Origin: Tubiluchus corallicola
Taxonomy: Eukaryota > Animalia > Priapulida
DNA: 64,000 nt
Reading direction: 5' to 3'
NCBI GenBank assembly: GCA_030141605.1
Contig: JAQGDQ010000156.1
Span: 186,001 to 250,000, forward strand
Shown piece by piece: positions 24,801-38,500 of the stretch (position 1 is the stretch's first letter; each line of letters starts with the position of its first letter). The translations under genes and the position numbers were made by a program. The notes under the pieces are model-generated. The model had not been told where the DNA came from. It did not search any database and worked only from the letters and a program-made list of their open reading frames with translations.

Positions 24801-27800
24801 TTTCCCGCATGCTGTTTGGTCAAAATTTCGAAAAAATCGTGAGTTGGGTCCGGGAAAACGCCCGTTGCGGGACGCCGTGGCCCTCTCGCGAATTCTAAAT
24901 ATGCCTACTACACCCAACGCTGAACGGGCTATCTATCCATAGCCAGCACCACCCTCGGCCCATTCCAGTTCTTCAGAAATAAGAGGTATGAGTTTTGCAA
25001 AAAACGGCCGAAAAAGGGCCATTTTTGGGGGGTTTTCGCCCCCCGTTCCTCCCGGTGGGCCCGATTCGAAAAATAAACCATCAATGAGAAGACACTAGAT
25101 CGAGACCTTTCGTTTGATATATAGATCGCCGCAAATGGTGCCGTCGTCGAAGCTGTAGCCTCGAATCTTATATATATATATATATATAAATATATTAAGA
25201 TACCAAGAATATTAATATAAGAGTATAGATAACATTTTTATCTTAATAATCAAAAATAAACTAAAGCGATGAAATTTTAATTATTTATTGACAGTTACCA
25301 CTTCCATGTTGAGAAATAGCTAAAAAAGCTTGATACAGGCTGGCAGATGTAACATTGTCACTGAAGAAATATTCAAGGCCTCCTGTTCTGTTCGATAGTA
25401 TTTCTAAATTGTTGGTTGCGATTGATGTAATTGCAATTGTGTGCACGATTACATGTTCCTTAACAACCTGAAAAGATATGGTTCAACATTAGCCTTGAAT
25501 TAAAAGGCTGAAGAATCTGCAAAAGCAGTGAAATGGCAAGAAAAGCGGTTCCATTGCGTGGAGCAGTTCCTTTTTAGCCACCTACATCAATATCTACATA
25601 GCTGTGTTATATATAGTGTTTAGCTACTTTGGCTTAGATACATAAGCACGACCACAAAATTTAGCGAGATACGTGTGAATGTATTTGAATGGAAAAACTC
25701 CATTTTAAAAATAATTTCATCGAATTCAACTCTTTCTCTTCTCCTTCTCAACCACACCCCATTTTTTTAGGAATTCTGTCCTGCAATCAATACATTTTAT
25801 CTTCATCAGCCTGTCTACCAATGTCCATGGCTCTGTTTAAAGCAGGACTGACCTCACAAATGCCTTGTAAATTCCTCCTCCACTCCCAAGTGAACTTGTA
25901 GATTTTGCACGCCAAAGTTGCACAGGTCTGCCAACATTAGGCAGCACTTGGGTTAAACATCGAACGTTCGAGTTCGATTCGAAAAATTTTCTTAATTCGA
26001 ATTCGATTTGAATAATTCACCACCTTCAACTACATACGTTCTTTATCATTCAAACGCTGTTGAGACAGCATGCAAACAGCACGATTTCTGTGCACAGTTT
26101 TTAAACAAATATTGGTGTTTTTACTGCAAATCAAAATCAAGTAATATGCATGATATTTGTGAGACTGCTTTTTATATATTCGAAAATCGTATTCAATTTG
26201 GATTTGAAATCTTCAAATTCTTTTTTATTCGAGTTAAAAAATCAGAAGTTCAATTCGATTTGAATTGGCTTTCTAGTAGACAATGCCCACCCCTCCCAGC
26301 ACTCCAATGCATGCAGCAAGATTTCAAGCGGAGATGAAAACATTGAAAGAAAGAGGATGCTCAAAGGGTTTTCAAACGTCAATACAAATTAAACAAATGA
26401 CAGAAACCAAGGGACAGGCTTGGTCAGTGGACTAGTATGATAATTACCTCATCTATTATGTCACTGATGAATGGATCACTGTTCTCTTCTCCGTCACTCA
26501 TAACAATTAGATAGCTACCCTTGATGTTTTGTGCACCTTGTTTTGATAGTACTTCTAATCCCTTCAGCACTCCTGCAGATATATCGCATGTATTAGTGGG
26601 CTTCTATATTATGCTGATCATTACAAGATCTATCGTGAAATCCAAAGATTGGAGTCCACGTACGAGTAAGGCGTGATGCATGATCCATGATGTGTATTGC
26701 ATATACAACAGTTTGTACTTGAACATATATTTTCTATGTGTACGTTACGCGCTCTCCATGCAGAGGGGAAACTTTTCTTGCTTAGGTGATTTGGCGAATT
26801 TTCAAGATTTCGGTGACCAGTCTCCCGACTGGCTTCCTGGTCGGGTGAGTTTTGGTCACTTCAGGACCTACCCACACAAATATTTCTACCACTTGAGCTT
26901 TTGAAAGTGGAAGAAGTGCATATTTATGTTGTTCTACATTTACTTGCAGTTCCTTCACTAAGTGATGATACATGCCATATTGTTCTCTCCCCTGCAAAAT
27001 GTTAGGCACCCAAATGTGTTGCTTCTGTTAAAATCTTCTAATGACACAATGGTAAGCTAATGCCCACCACTCTGATTATTTGATTATTTCTTGATCATGA
27101 TTTGAAAATTCGATAAACTTCCACTTATTATTACTTGCAATTACAGTTTCAGACAGTGCATTGCTGGCTGTGACCCCAGATGTGCACAGCAGTCCTACCT
27201 TAATTACTTACACTAGACAATACTCAGATTTTTTTGCTTACCTGCCCCAATAGATGTACTTCCATATGCACTGTCAGGCAGTGCATTGCTGAGTGTGACT
27301 GTAGTTGTGTTATCAATAAGCAACATTTCCGATAGGATGGATGCATCATTTGAAAAATTCGCTATGCCCAGTTCTTCCTCATTAGGGATCATGGTCATTA
27401 TGTAATCATATGCCGCCTGTGAACAAATTTTATGTAAATTTTATACATGCACATGCGTTAGTGAGTAAAGTTAAGTTAAATCTACTACATTTTATTACCA
27501 GTTTTATAGGATATTTTTCATGACAGTATAAGACAACATAGTATAAACACTGTGCAGTATAAAATTTGCTATGGCTGTTACTTAATAGTGAAACTCCTTT
27601 ACATACGTCATTGACTTTAGTAAGCCGTCCACTATCCATGCTCCCTGATGTGTCTATAACTAATACTGATGATTTCTTAGATGATGCTGCCCTCTTCACG
27701 TATCTAAATTGCGTCATAATTTTGGTAATGTTTTCATTTGGTGGGTTTGCACCATGTGCAAAGTCTGGATGTTCCATTATGACCTACAAGAAGTGAACAT

Positions 27801-30800
27801 TTTTTTCACAAATTACTGCACACTGCCGTATGCCAACGGTTCTCTAAAAATTTTTAGGTTTTAATTGCAGAGATAATTTTTTTCCAACCAAAAATATTAA
27901 TGTAAGTTTAGTGACAACCCATTGTTTTTAGGGTTGTAAGAGTCAGCCAAATAGCCCCATCATAGTAAATGCACTACCAGCTTCTTTGCTATTATTTCAA
28001 GTTCTTAAATGCATCAATATAACTTACAGTCCAGACTGATTTCTTATCACATTGTCGATTCTGCTCATTTGGAGAATTCCTGTTGTGGTGCGTGTCATCG
28101 CAGAATTCAACTATCTGAAAACGTGAAAACGTTGTTGATAGTGTCAGAAAGTATGGCTTCTTTACACTAACCAAATAAAGTTGTTTATATCTTTGTTTTG
28201 TTTTGTTTTTTATCCAGGGGCATAGCCAGGTTCTAAAGTTAAAGGGAGCAAGCATGTAAAAAAGGTGCTGTGGCATATGAAGCAATTACATGTTTGTCTA
28301 TGCCACATTATCAATGTATGACAAGAGTGTATTATAATTAGATGTGGGGGCAATTTGATCCTTGGTTCAGTCGGTCAATCTTGACAAATGGGTTGCGTAA
28401 AAGCATGCTCATTTCAAAAACACGGGAAGCAGTTGTTCAAATAAAGTAATAAGGCAAGTTGTTGAAAAGGTGCAAATTTTGAAAGATGTGCTCAGCCGGA
28501 GCGGTTTCTTCCCTTGCTCCCGTATTAGCTACGCCACTAGTTTTGACCTCACCTGCTCACTTCCAGTGTTATACATGAGGGAAGAAGTAACTGTCGGTGT
28601 TCCTTGAAAATTTGGAACAAAATAGCATTCATCTGGTTCCTGATGTGGCTGACACGGGTGATCAGTAGCTATGTCGAAGAACTCACCTACATTAATCAAT
28701 AATAATGTTCATTTGAATCGTATCTATCAACGAAGTGCAACTTAGTGATCAAATGATGGATTGTGAAGCTTGTAAAGCCACATGAATTTAGCATAAATGT
28801 GCAACTGGATACATTATTTGTACACTTAAGGTAAGTGCATTACCTCCAATGTCTTTGCTACATCGTACACCCTGAAGCATCCCGTTATCAGCAGCGTAAA
28901 CACTTGGTTCATCAATACCAGCAAACTCATCAAAAACGCCCCAACGAAGATGTGCCCATTCATGTACCAGCACCTAGAAATGCATTCACCAATTTTACCA
29001 TGCAGGTGCAAATTAAACCATTAAGTGCTTTTCAAGAATTACCAGGTAAAGACAATTTATATATTCTAACGTTTGACATACATGTACTCACCTGTCCATA
29101 CGACCCAAACATGATTGCTCGGTTGTCATCATATATATAGTCAGGTGTTAAGTGCATATACTCTCCCGACTGTCCACATGGTCTCATCGTAACAGTAAAG
29201 GGTCGATCTGTGGTGGGGAAGTTAGGATCTGGAGTTTTGATTCTTATGTCAGCAGTGTCGTAAGTGTATGAAGCATCGTCGCATGTGTTGTTTGGACACG
29301 TATAATTCCATGACTGAGGCAGTAGTATTGTGACTTCTCTTATGTAAGCCCGATTCCTAGAAAAGCCAAATGATTTCCACAGTTATGTGCTTAACACCGG
29401 TAGAAGAGAGATAAGTATTTTTGTAACACTTTGGCCCTGCATTTTACGAAACACTTTTATTTTTGTAGCTTGATTGTTGTTATTATTTTACTTACTTTGT
29501 AGCTTGAAAGAGTGTCATGGACATTTCAGTAAACACATGTTCAATTCGAGACAAAAGGTGGTAGTCTTCAGGCACATTAACATCAAGAGCAAGACGAACA
29601 TCCGTGTAGCCATTGTCTTTCAGAGTTATGGCATAACCCCCATAAAGCCATGCACTCCACCAAAATGTAACAAAAATTAATACACGATCCATCACTTTCA
29701 GAGAGTACCTAAAGTCTGTTTTACAAGTTAATGGCAGATATTTCTTGCTCCTCTTATATAGGTCTGATAAGCATCCGTATTTATTTAGGACAAAAACTTG
29801 GTGTGCTGCTCTTTGCTTGCCTACCTTTGAAAATTTCATCACTGAGTCACTTACATGTGTTTAAACAAGAATTCGCATTTATTATTTCTATATCCGGGAA
29901 GAGATTTTTGAAGTTCAAAGAAATTCCCAAAAAATTTCCCCAAAAATTTCTATATTATATTCATTACGTTTTTGGTTTTTTGTTTATATCGTAGATTGTT
30001 TACTACATACTATATATGGTTTACTCTACTGTTTTATGTGTTTGACGTCATAGATTTTTCCTTGAACTCACATTTTAGATTTAACTAATTTGTAACGACA
30101 GCCAAATCACATTTGTGTGATGTGATCCTCGTTTAAACTTTAAGCTCAAAAATTTACAGGCCAACATTTTTAGATATTATAAATATACTGCATTTTCATG
30201 AATTATTTATTAACTTTCTTTCCTACTTTAACTGAAGTGGAGTTTCTAAGTTTCTAAATGCATGAAGGAATATAAACAGAAACTAACGTGTTAATAGAGC
30301 AATTCATTTATAACAAAGTATGTTTTAAAATATAAAAATATAAAATACAAAAATATGAAAAATATATATAATACAATAATATAAAAAGCATAAAGTAATT
30401 TGCACCAGAATTATAAAGTTCTTTGGTGAAATAAAAGGGAATAACTGTCACCTTGCGTTATAGTGTTTTAAGGATGAGTTCAACCTCTGGTTTCTTTTCA
30501 TACTGCAACATCAGCAAGTGATCTAACATTTTATGTGAATAAGCTGCCATTGCGGTTTTGTATAATGACATCAGGTTTTTTGTTCAGTACGTCTGTTTAT
30601 CTAGGCCAGTGTTTGGCGTGTTTGTTAAAATTCATAAATTAACTCTGCTACACTAGTACTTTGTTAGTTCCTGGTAGAACATTGGACAGTACATCTCATG
30701 TTATGTATGCAGACAAATAAAAAAATATATAGCAGAAAAGACTTTGCACTTGAGTATAAAATCTAATCTTATCAACTTGCTAAATTATGAAATGCTGATG

Positions 30801-33800
30801 CAGGCTCACCCACACAATAAACACAACTTTGTAAGAACACGCGTGTTGGGAAATTACCAAAAATTTAATGTACATTACTTTGCTAGATTCATTTGCTATC
30901 TAATTACAAAAATAAAATGTAAGTTTAAAAAGATAATAAGTACTACATTTGAGTTTATCTGTCCTATGCAGGATGGATGTGTATATATATATATATATAT
31001 ATATCGCACCATCGTTAAAATAGATGGCTGGAGGCAATTTTAAGGGCAGTCGCTCATCCATTTACTATCAGGGTCATTGCTCTTAACTTTCACAGCCGTG
31101 CATCTGTTTGAAGTGGCAACTAATTCTAGAGAATGGAGAATAACATACGATATGAGCTCATTTTCAGTATTTACTAGATTATATGTCAAAGCAAATTGGT
31201 TAAGCTTCTTGTTTTCTTATATTTCTAATGGGTTTTATGATTGCAGGTTATCGTGTCGAGATTTTGAATGTTGAAGCACCTTACATTCACCAGTATCTTG
31301 CTGATGGAGAGAAAGTGTCAGAGTATGCGGTAAAAGTTTCATACATTGCCACTTCCAGCCAGGTCGTTGGAATTTCTTCGATAAAACCATCAAATTCAGA
31401 TTTCAAAACTGCATTGAGCCAGAATGGTAAAACATTCTTTTATCATGCTAGTCATTCTATAGGTTTTGCATGGTTATGAATTCACTATGTATTATGATTC
31501 TAATGGTTACGATAATAATTGTACAGATTATTTTATGGCATGTAAACAAGAACTAATAAGTTGCATCATTAGACTTTGTATTATTTGCATTTATAAGTTA
31601 ATACTATGAAAAAATCCATATCCATATAGAATTGAAATCTTTTTGCATATAATTATATGCTTTACATAATGATTTTATTCATTTTACAAAATTTACATGG
31701 CGGATTATTTATGTACAGCTGTATTTTTACGAATTCAAAAATTGTGCGACGATTAATTTAACATTGACTACAGAAATGCAGGATTTTCAAGGAACAAACA
31801 TCAGAACGAACGAGCGCACAGACGAATAATATTCATAAACGAATGAGCAATAGCGTTTCCTTGGTAGGTTCGCAAACACTTTGCAAGTAGTGACAGTGTA
31901 TTAATAAAATTCCACGAAATACTTAGGAGACAGACAGCAGATTACCCAGAACAGCTAATTTGCACATAATGCATCTACAGCAAACAGATTCGTGCCAAGA
32001 ATGCACAAGGATCCATGTGGCCCAACATTTGTAGATTCTTAAGATGTGTGGTTTTTAATTGATAACTTTGATAGATTAATGTACAGAAATAAAATAGTGG
32101 AATGAGGCTAAGATGGCAAGATTAGTTCACCTTGACATGGGCTTTTGGGGCGAGAAGGAAACGTGATTGGCTGTAGAGGTGCCCAAAGTAGGGGTAAATT
32201 ACCCCCCGGGGTAATATGGTTTTTTTGGGGGGGCAACGGGCACCCCTCTGAAAATTTTTAAAACTTCGCTCGGAATGCATTTTACGTAGTTTTCTTCTTG
32301 AAGAGACTGCCTCCGGCAGGCAACACTGTGTCATGGGGTCCATCATTCGCATGTTCCCACGATCTCTGGTGCGATCCTGGGGAGAAGTCAAAGTTCACGA
32401 TTGTTTCTTTGGTTTCTTCTCTATCGACATTTCTGCACAGCGTTTAGAGTTTAGAGAAAGCTAGGCCCCTTTTACTATCTCTCTATCTTTTTGATACTAA
32501 GGAAAAGTAAAATATTACTTGCCTAATTTGATTCTCTCTTGTTTCTTTTCCCAGAAAGGTGCTGTGAATGTGTGAACAAGGTTTTTCGTCCATAATGAAC
32601 ATGAAAACAAAGAAAAGAAATAGGTTGGACGTGGAAAGCGATGCACGCGTTGCTTTGAGCCTGACGAAACCCAGGATTGAGAAACTGGCGTCCGAAAAAC
32701 AGGCTCATCCCTCCCACTAACTGAGATTTTGTTGTTGTCATTCATTTCTTCTTGTTTTCGTTGGTTCGAGTAATAATTACTCGAACGAACCTGCTCACTC
32801 AGTAATGAGCAGGTTCAGTAATTGTAATTCTTGTTTTGGCAACAATACAACAACAACACCTGGAAATTTATTTATGTCACGAGCAAACATAAATAATTTT
32901 GCTTGCTTGTGGCATATACATGTGTTTACTTTTTGAGTTGGAGAAGTAGTACTAGGTGGGGGGTAATGGACACGACCGGGTTTCCCGATTTGGGTAACGG
33001 TCCGAGAAAGTTTGGGAACCACTGCTCTAAACCATCGCATTTCCATTCCTCTTGGCGGACCTGCATAAATGATGTGATCAGATTTATTTTGAAAAATTCT
33101 ATTGCTATCGTACATTAATCATAGAAGTCAGTTTCCGTGAGTAAGCAGTTGCTTGATTGGTGTTTCAGATTTGAAGTTTTGTGATTGCAAGCCGGTGAAA
33201 GCCAGGTACCTCTATGTTCACGGACGACCGGAGACGCTCAGTAATACGACTGTTGAACAGCAGATTAAACGCAGCTGGTTGAAACAGAATAAGAAAGGTA
33301 AGTCTAATTAGTCACCAAGTTGTGCTTTAGTAACAACAGCATTAAAGTTGAGAGATAGTAATGTGTATATAATTGATAACTCTTTGCATATACAGTCAAC
33401 CTAGGGTATAAGGTACTCGCTTATAAGAGACCACCGACACTGGTCCCAATTTTTTGTAACGTTTTTCCTGTGTAAAAACCTTAAGGTATTCGGATATAAG
33501 TGACTTTCGATTATAAGGGACGATATCTTCAGATCCTGTGTAATAGAAACCCAGGTAAATTACCTCGCATGTAAGGGGCCCTATGATCAAAGCGAAATTG
33601 ATCGATTTTTAACCTCAATTTTTCGCAAACTCAACCTTCGAACATCTCGGTTTCCTCGGTCACATATGTCTCGCATCACTGAAGGAGCTTCCATTTGCAT
33701 TGAATGTGTAGCAGTAATCCATAAAAATATGGGTAAAAGTACAGGTCTAGATACACCCTCGGTCTGATTCAACTTTGGCTATAAGGGAAATTGGATATAA

Positions 33801-35474
33801 TGGACGGTTTTTTCCGGTCCCGAGGTGTCCCTTATATCCGAGGTTGACTGTATCATTGATAACTCCTTGCATAAAGATTTTATTTATTTTAATAGATTTG
33901 CATGGCTGGTCATTTATGTTCACTTGTATTTTTACAAATTCAAAACTTTTTTGTGATGATCAGTTTAACATTGACTACATCGATTACAATGATTAGTCAC
34001 CAGGCAACACTTTAGTAACAAAAGTACTGAAGTTGAGAGATAGTAACAAAAATTTCAAATTTGAGAGATTATCACATCAAACTTTTCCGTGTGACAACAA
34101 TGTTTTTCGCATTTCTCTGCTTGGTGTTACTAATTAATAAAAATGATGTTGACTCTGCTTAAGTTTTTTATATGCAGTTTGGCTTACTTATGTTAAGTGA
34201 TTATAGTGAACTACAATATGGCACATTATGAAGAGTGATTTCCTTCATTATGAAAGATAACTTCGCAGAGTGTCTTGGCCAGATTTATAGCCAATCACAA
34301 TGATAGAAGTAGATGAGGTCATAATCCCAGCAGTTCATTCCCAAACCCAGTGTTGTTTAACTATTATAGCCAATTGTGCACTGTGACCATTCAGCCATTC
34401 CACTTGCCGTAAATTTTACAGCAGTGTTAATGCCCAGTGTTAATGCAACTGATGCTTCTCAGAGCGAGAATGAATGAATTGTTATTTTTCTTCGCCACCT
34501 TTCTCAAAGCATAAATACTTGCGAATTAAATCCTTCGGTACTACATACATTGGCACTGTTTAATTATTTTTCGAATCGTAGCATTCATTAATCGTGTCTC
34601 TCAAACAGGCTCTCCATCTGCTGATGGCTGGATGACTGAGATAGTCGACACTGACGCGAACCTCATAACAACCTCAAAGTAAGTGCCTTAGCTTTTATGT
34701 GTTTAGACTATTTCCATTAGTAAACCTTGCTGTATATTGAAGTTCCAGAACATGTCGTCTTATTGCACACGTAGACTGTGTAAACAGTAACACGGTATAA
34801 AACTAGTAAATTTAAGCTCCCACGATGATCGTTGTGCGCAGCCATTTTAGATGTATGTCGTTTAAAACTAGCTTAAACAACATTGAGTAAAGTTCGAAAA
34901 AATAATCAGATCATTGCAAGTCCACTCTTTGCTAACTAAGCAAAAGTGCACATTATTTTAAGTTGTCAGTAAGATCGATAAAGTGTTTATTGGTGAGTCA
35001 GTGATGCACACTGGGATAGTGGTGCGGTGCCGTTTTACTAGGTGGCACAAATAAAAATTATTAAGAATTTTCTTTCCCAATTACATAAGTCTTTCAAACA
35101 GGCATGCACATTGCTAAGTAATATAACTTTACAATGAAAGTTGTTTGCACCATGCTTTAAAATTATCTTTTCTTCCCCTTTCAAATGTTCACTGAAAAAA
35201 ATCACAAAGGCACACTCCAGTTGCTAGAAATTGTTTTAATATCAATTATTCTTCACACACGATTTTCCCCTTTGTGCTGAACTTTACTATTACAGTAGGT
35301 GGCTGAACTCTTGGTAAAACTAGCAAACATTCTGCTGAAATTATTAGCTTTTTTTGCTTCTTTTTGCAAAATTTATTTTCTCGATTGTAATGATTTAATC
35401 ACTTCTAGTTGTAAGATTTGTTGTGTGCAGTACACATCTTAACAATGTGAAAATCTCATACATTGTAAACCAGC

Positions 35475-35508
<34 letters not shown>

Positions 35509-38500
35509 TTCTTTATTTGTCATTAAAATGGTTCACTCATTATAATAAAATTGAGTAATCCTCAGCGTAATGTTAAAATAACAACACTGTTCAAGACAAA
35601 TGCGTCCAGTGCAGACTAAAAAAAACTAAAGTGCAAAACTAAGGCCTAATTATATACAATAAATGAACATATTTACAAACACCATATTAAAATATTTTTA
35701 CAAAACAATATTACAAAAGTACATTAAATTTTACATGACATATTTTACACAATATATACATTTAACGTGACACAATTAGCAGAAACATACTTTACATTAC
35801 ATAAATTTCACTCATTACATTTACACTATTTATACATTTGACATTACAAAACTAACATAACACGTATTAGATTACATAATTTTTTTAAAAATTTTACATT
35901 TTACATTTACATTTACATCAGTAAATCAGATTTGCCATTGAGGTTTCAAATTTATTTCCCTCAAATGCAGCAAATTTTTATTTCTTTCATGTTATTTCTG
36001 TTGCAGTGACCCGCTACTTAGACTGGCGGAAGCAACGAGTTTGTATGGAGCCTCGCCAGACTCCCTCTTTTTACAACCGCCATCCCTTAAGCAAGTATGT
36101 ACCGACATACAAGCATACATTTTACTGTATTATATGTAAAACAGTGTGTTATGTAATAGCAATTTTTTTAGAAACTGTTGATATCTCATTGTGGGTAAAT
36201 TTGGAAAATTTCAGCATTATCAAAATTTCCTGGTTTAAAATTATAGTAAGCTAACTTTCTGTGTTGCTCAGTCAGCAAAGATAAATATCAATAATTCTTC
36301 TACAGGTCAACGAAACGCTGCCGCCCAGCAATAAACTGTGTGACTGTCTACCTCGTCGAGACGTTGTCTTCTACACAAAGGGTGTATCATCACGTACCTT
36401 AGGACCCAGTTACACGTCTGCTCTGCAACAAGCCTGGGCTGATGCGAATAATGGTATGCTTGCATTTGGAATTCATACGGGATTTGAACCAAAGCGTTCG
36501 TGTAGACAGTTAATGCCTTAGACGTGAATAAGAATTAAGCAGACAATTGTCTGTATTGTAAATTGTGGCTTTGAATCAATATGTTTTGTTGTTTTCCTTC
36601 ATAGTTCTGTGTAAAATCACAGAATTGATAATTTTTTTGTGCAAAATGAAACCTCTTCCAAGTGTCTTAGTACATAATTAATAACTTAACTCCCACATAA
36701 TTGCTACTTAATTACTATTTAACTTTAAACCATTAATATTAATTCCTTTGACCGAGTCATTGCATCCCTCCAGCTTTTTTGAAAGTTGATGAAATCTATT
36801 AATAGCAATGCTGAAGGAGGAATTTATTTATTTATTTATTATATCTTTTTACATCAAACAGTGAATAAAATACTTATATGTTATATTACCAGGCTCCAGA
36901 TATATTACTAAGCAAACTCTGTACTTTGTTAATTCCTCATAATATTAGAATTTATAATCTGTCAACTAATTAACTCACTTACCTGCTTCATCATGGCAAT
37001 CATTACTTAAATATGACCGTTAATATTCAAGTATTTGAGCTTGTACAGAAATTTATATTTTTAACTAAACATTTCTATATTAGTTTATATTGATTACATA
37101 GTAATATTAATGTCATTCTCAACATTATGCTATGTATGTATCTGTACTGCTAGTAGTCATACTGTAATGCTTCAACTCTTTTTGACTGTCCGCATTCTAC
37201 TAAGTGTTACGTTTCATTGGCAAGAACATTTATCAGTTGTTAAAAACTGTCTGTTCAAACCGTATTGTAATGCTTGTATTTAATAAAAATATGTTTAAAC
37301 TGAATATTTATATTTAGGTTAAGAACAGTTATAAAATTATTGCAAAATTGAACCATGAAAAATATAAATTGATAGATTATTGATTATTTCAGATGTTATC
37401 ACTGCAAGAGAAGTGGTTATTGAAGATGTCAAATTTAACAGTGACAAGTATGTGGATAGAAATGGGTATGTTATTTCTTTTACATTCAACATGGATGTTA
37501 GAGCTTGTTTCTGATACTGTTGCAGCTCCTTTACTATTATGTCGTGTAGATTTGAACTGCTTCCTGTGATAGTTCATAAGTTAATTAGTTTATTAAAAAA
37601 TTATTGTTTGCATGCATGCGTTTTGGTGTCATAGTACTAGAAGTAGTCGTCGATTTACCAGCTGTGCGACTTAGTTAATTATACAAAACTAACGTAACTG
37701 TTGTTGGTTTTTTTAAACCAATTAACTTTAAATCACTGTTTCGATAAATTATTTGTAGGCTCCGCCGTACTTTCTGCGCGTACACGTGACGATTTCCATG
37801 TAGGGGCGCACAGCTAGAATGTACGCTTCCGACTTGTGTCCAGTTCGTCTTACAAGCAATCCGTCTGTTCTGATTGCGGTCGACAACTACCTGTATTTTG
37901 TTACGTTTTATTTAGTAGAAGCTTTATTGTTTTTTGCTTGATTTTTACCTGCTAATTCAATAGCAAACTTTTACAATTTCTTTGCCGTTTTGCAGGAATC
38001 CTTTAACCATGATAGAATATAAGGTAACAGTTAATGACAGCTTAACACCGCCGAGCTTAATCAGTGATCTGAAGGAACCACCAAGCGCTGTCAAAGCAGA
38101 AAGACTTACGAGTCAAGTCGGTAACCCTGTAGCCGTGTACGAGGGCACACCCATGTCACCACAGGCTGTCAGAACTGACGGGCCTGGTCACTGGGTAAGG
38201 TTTTGTTGTATAGCTGTGTAGTACATGGCTTTGTATGAGAATCAGTTTTCCTAAATTGTATTAGACACTAGTAAGATATCTGCTAAGAACTTCATTGTCA
38301 CGTCTTGATGCAAAAAACTGTAGATTCATATTTAACATTATAGTAATATTATAGGCTATCCCATAAGTCGCTATGCACTTTTGATTTTAATTTTCTTTTT
38401 AAATTTTTCTTCAATCTCAGCAAGCTCTTACATGAATGGGGCCATTAGCAATTGTTTTTAATTACTTTTAACTGCAACCTCATTGCTATGGCGATGACAG

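Larger units (their letters stand above)
4960..30982. repeat. Tandem segmental duplication of the CLCA locus (unit A about 4960-16875, unit B about 16876-30982)
   Basis: Exons and introns are collinear and near-identical. At the junction near 16870, the end-of-unit sequence caggatggatgtgt (also at about 30970) joins the start-of-unit sequence atggatttctagctgcatctgg (also at about 4966). Confidence 0.95.

Noticed and set aside
23054-24942. Several 65-116 aa ORFs within the Helitron
   Set aside because: No Rep or helicase motifs; they are chance ORFs in GC-richer repeated sequence.
37759-37820. Possible extra host-gene exon after ttgtag
   Set aside because: All three frames stop within about 60 nt, and exons 37393-37465 and 37996-38194 already join in phase.
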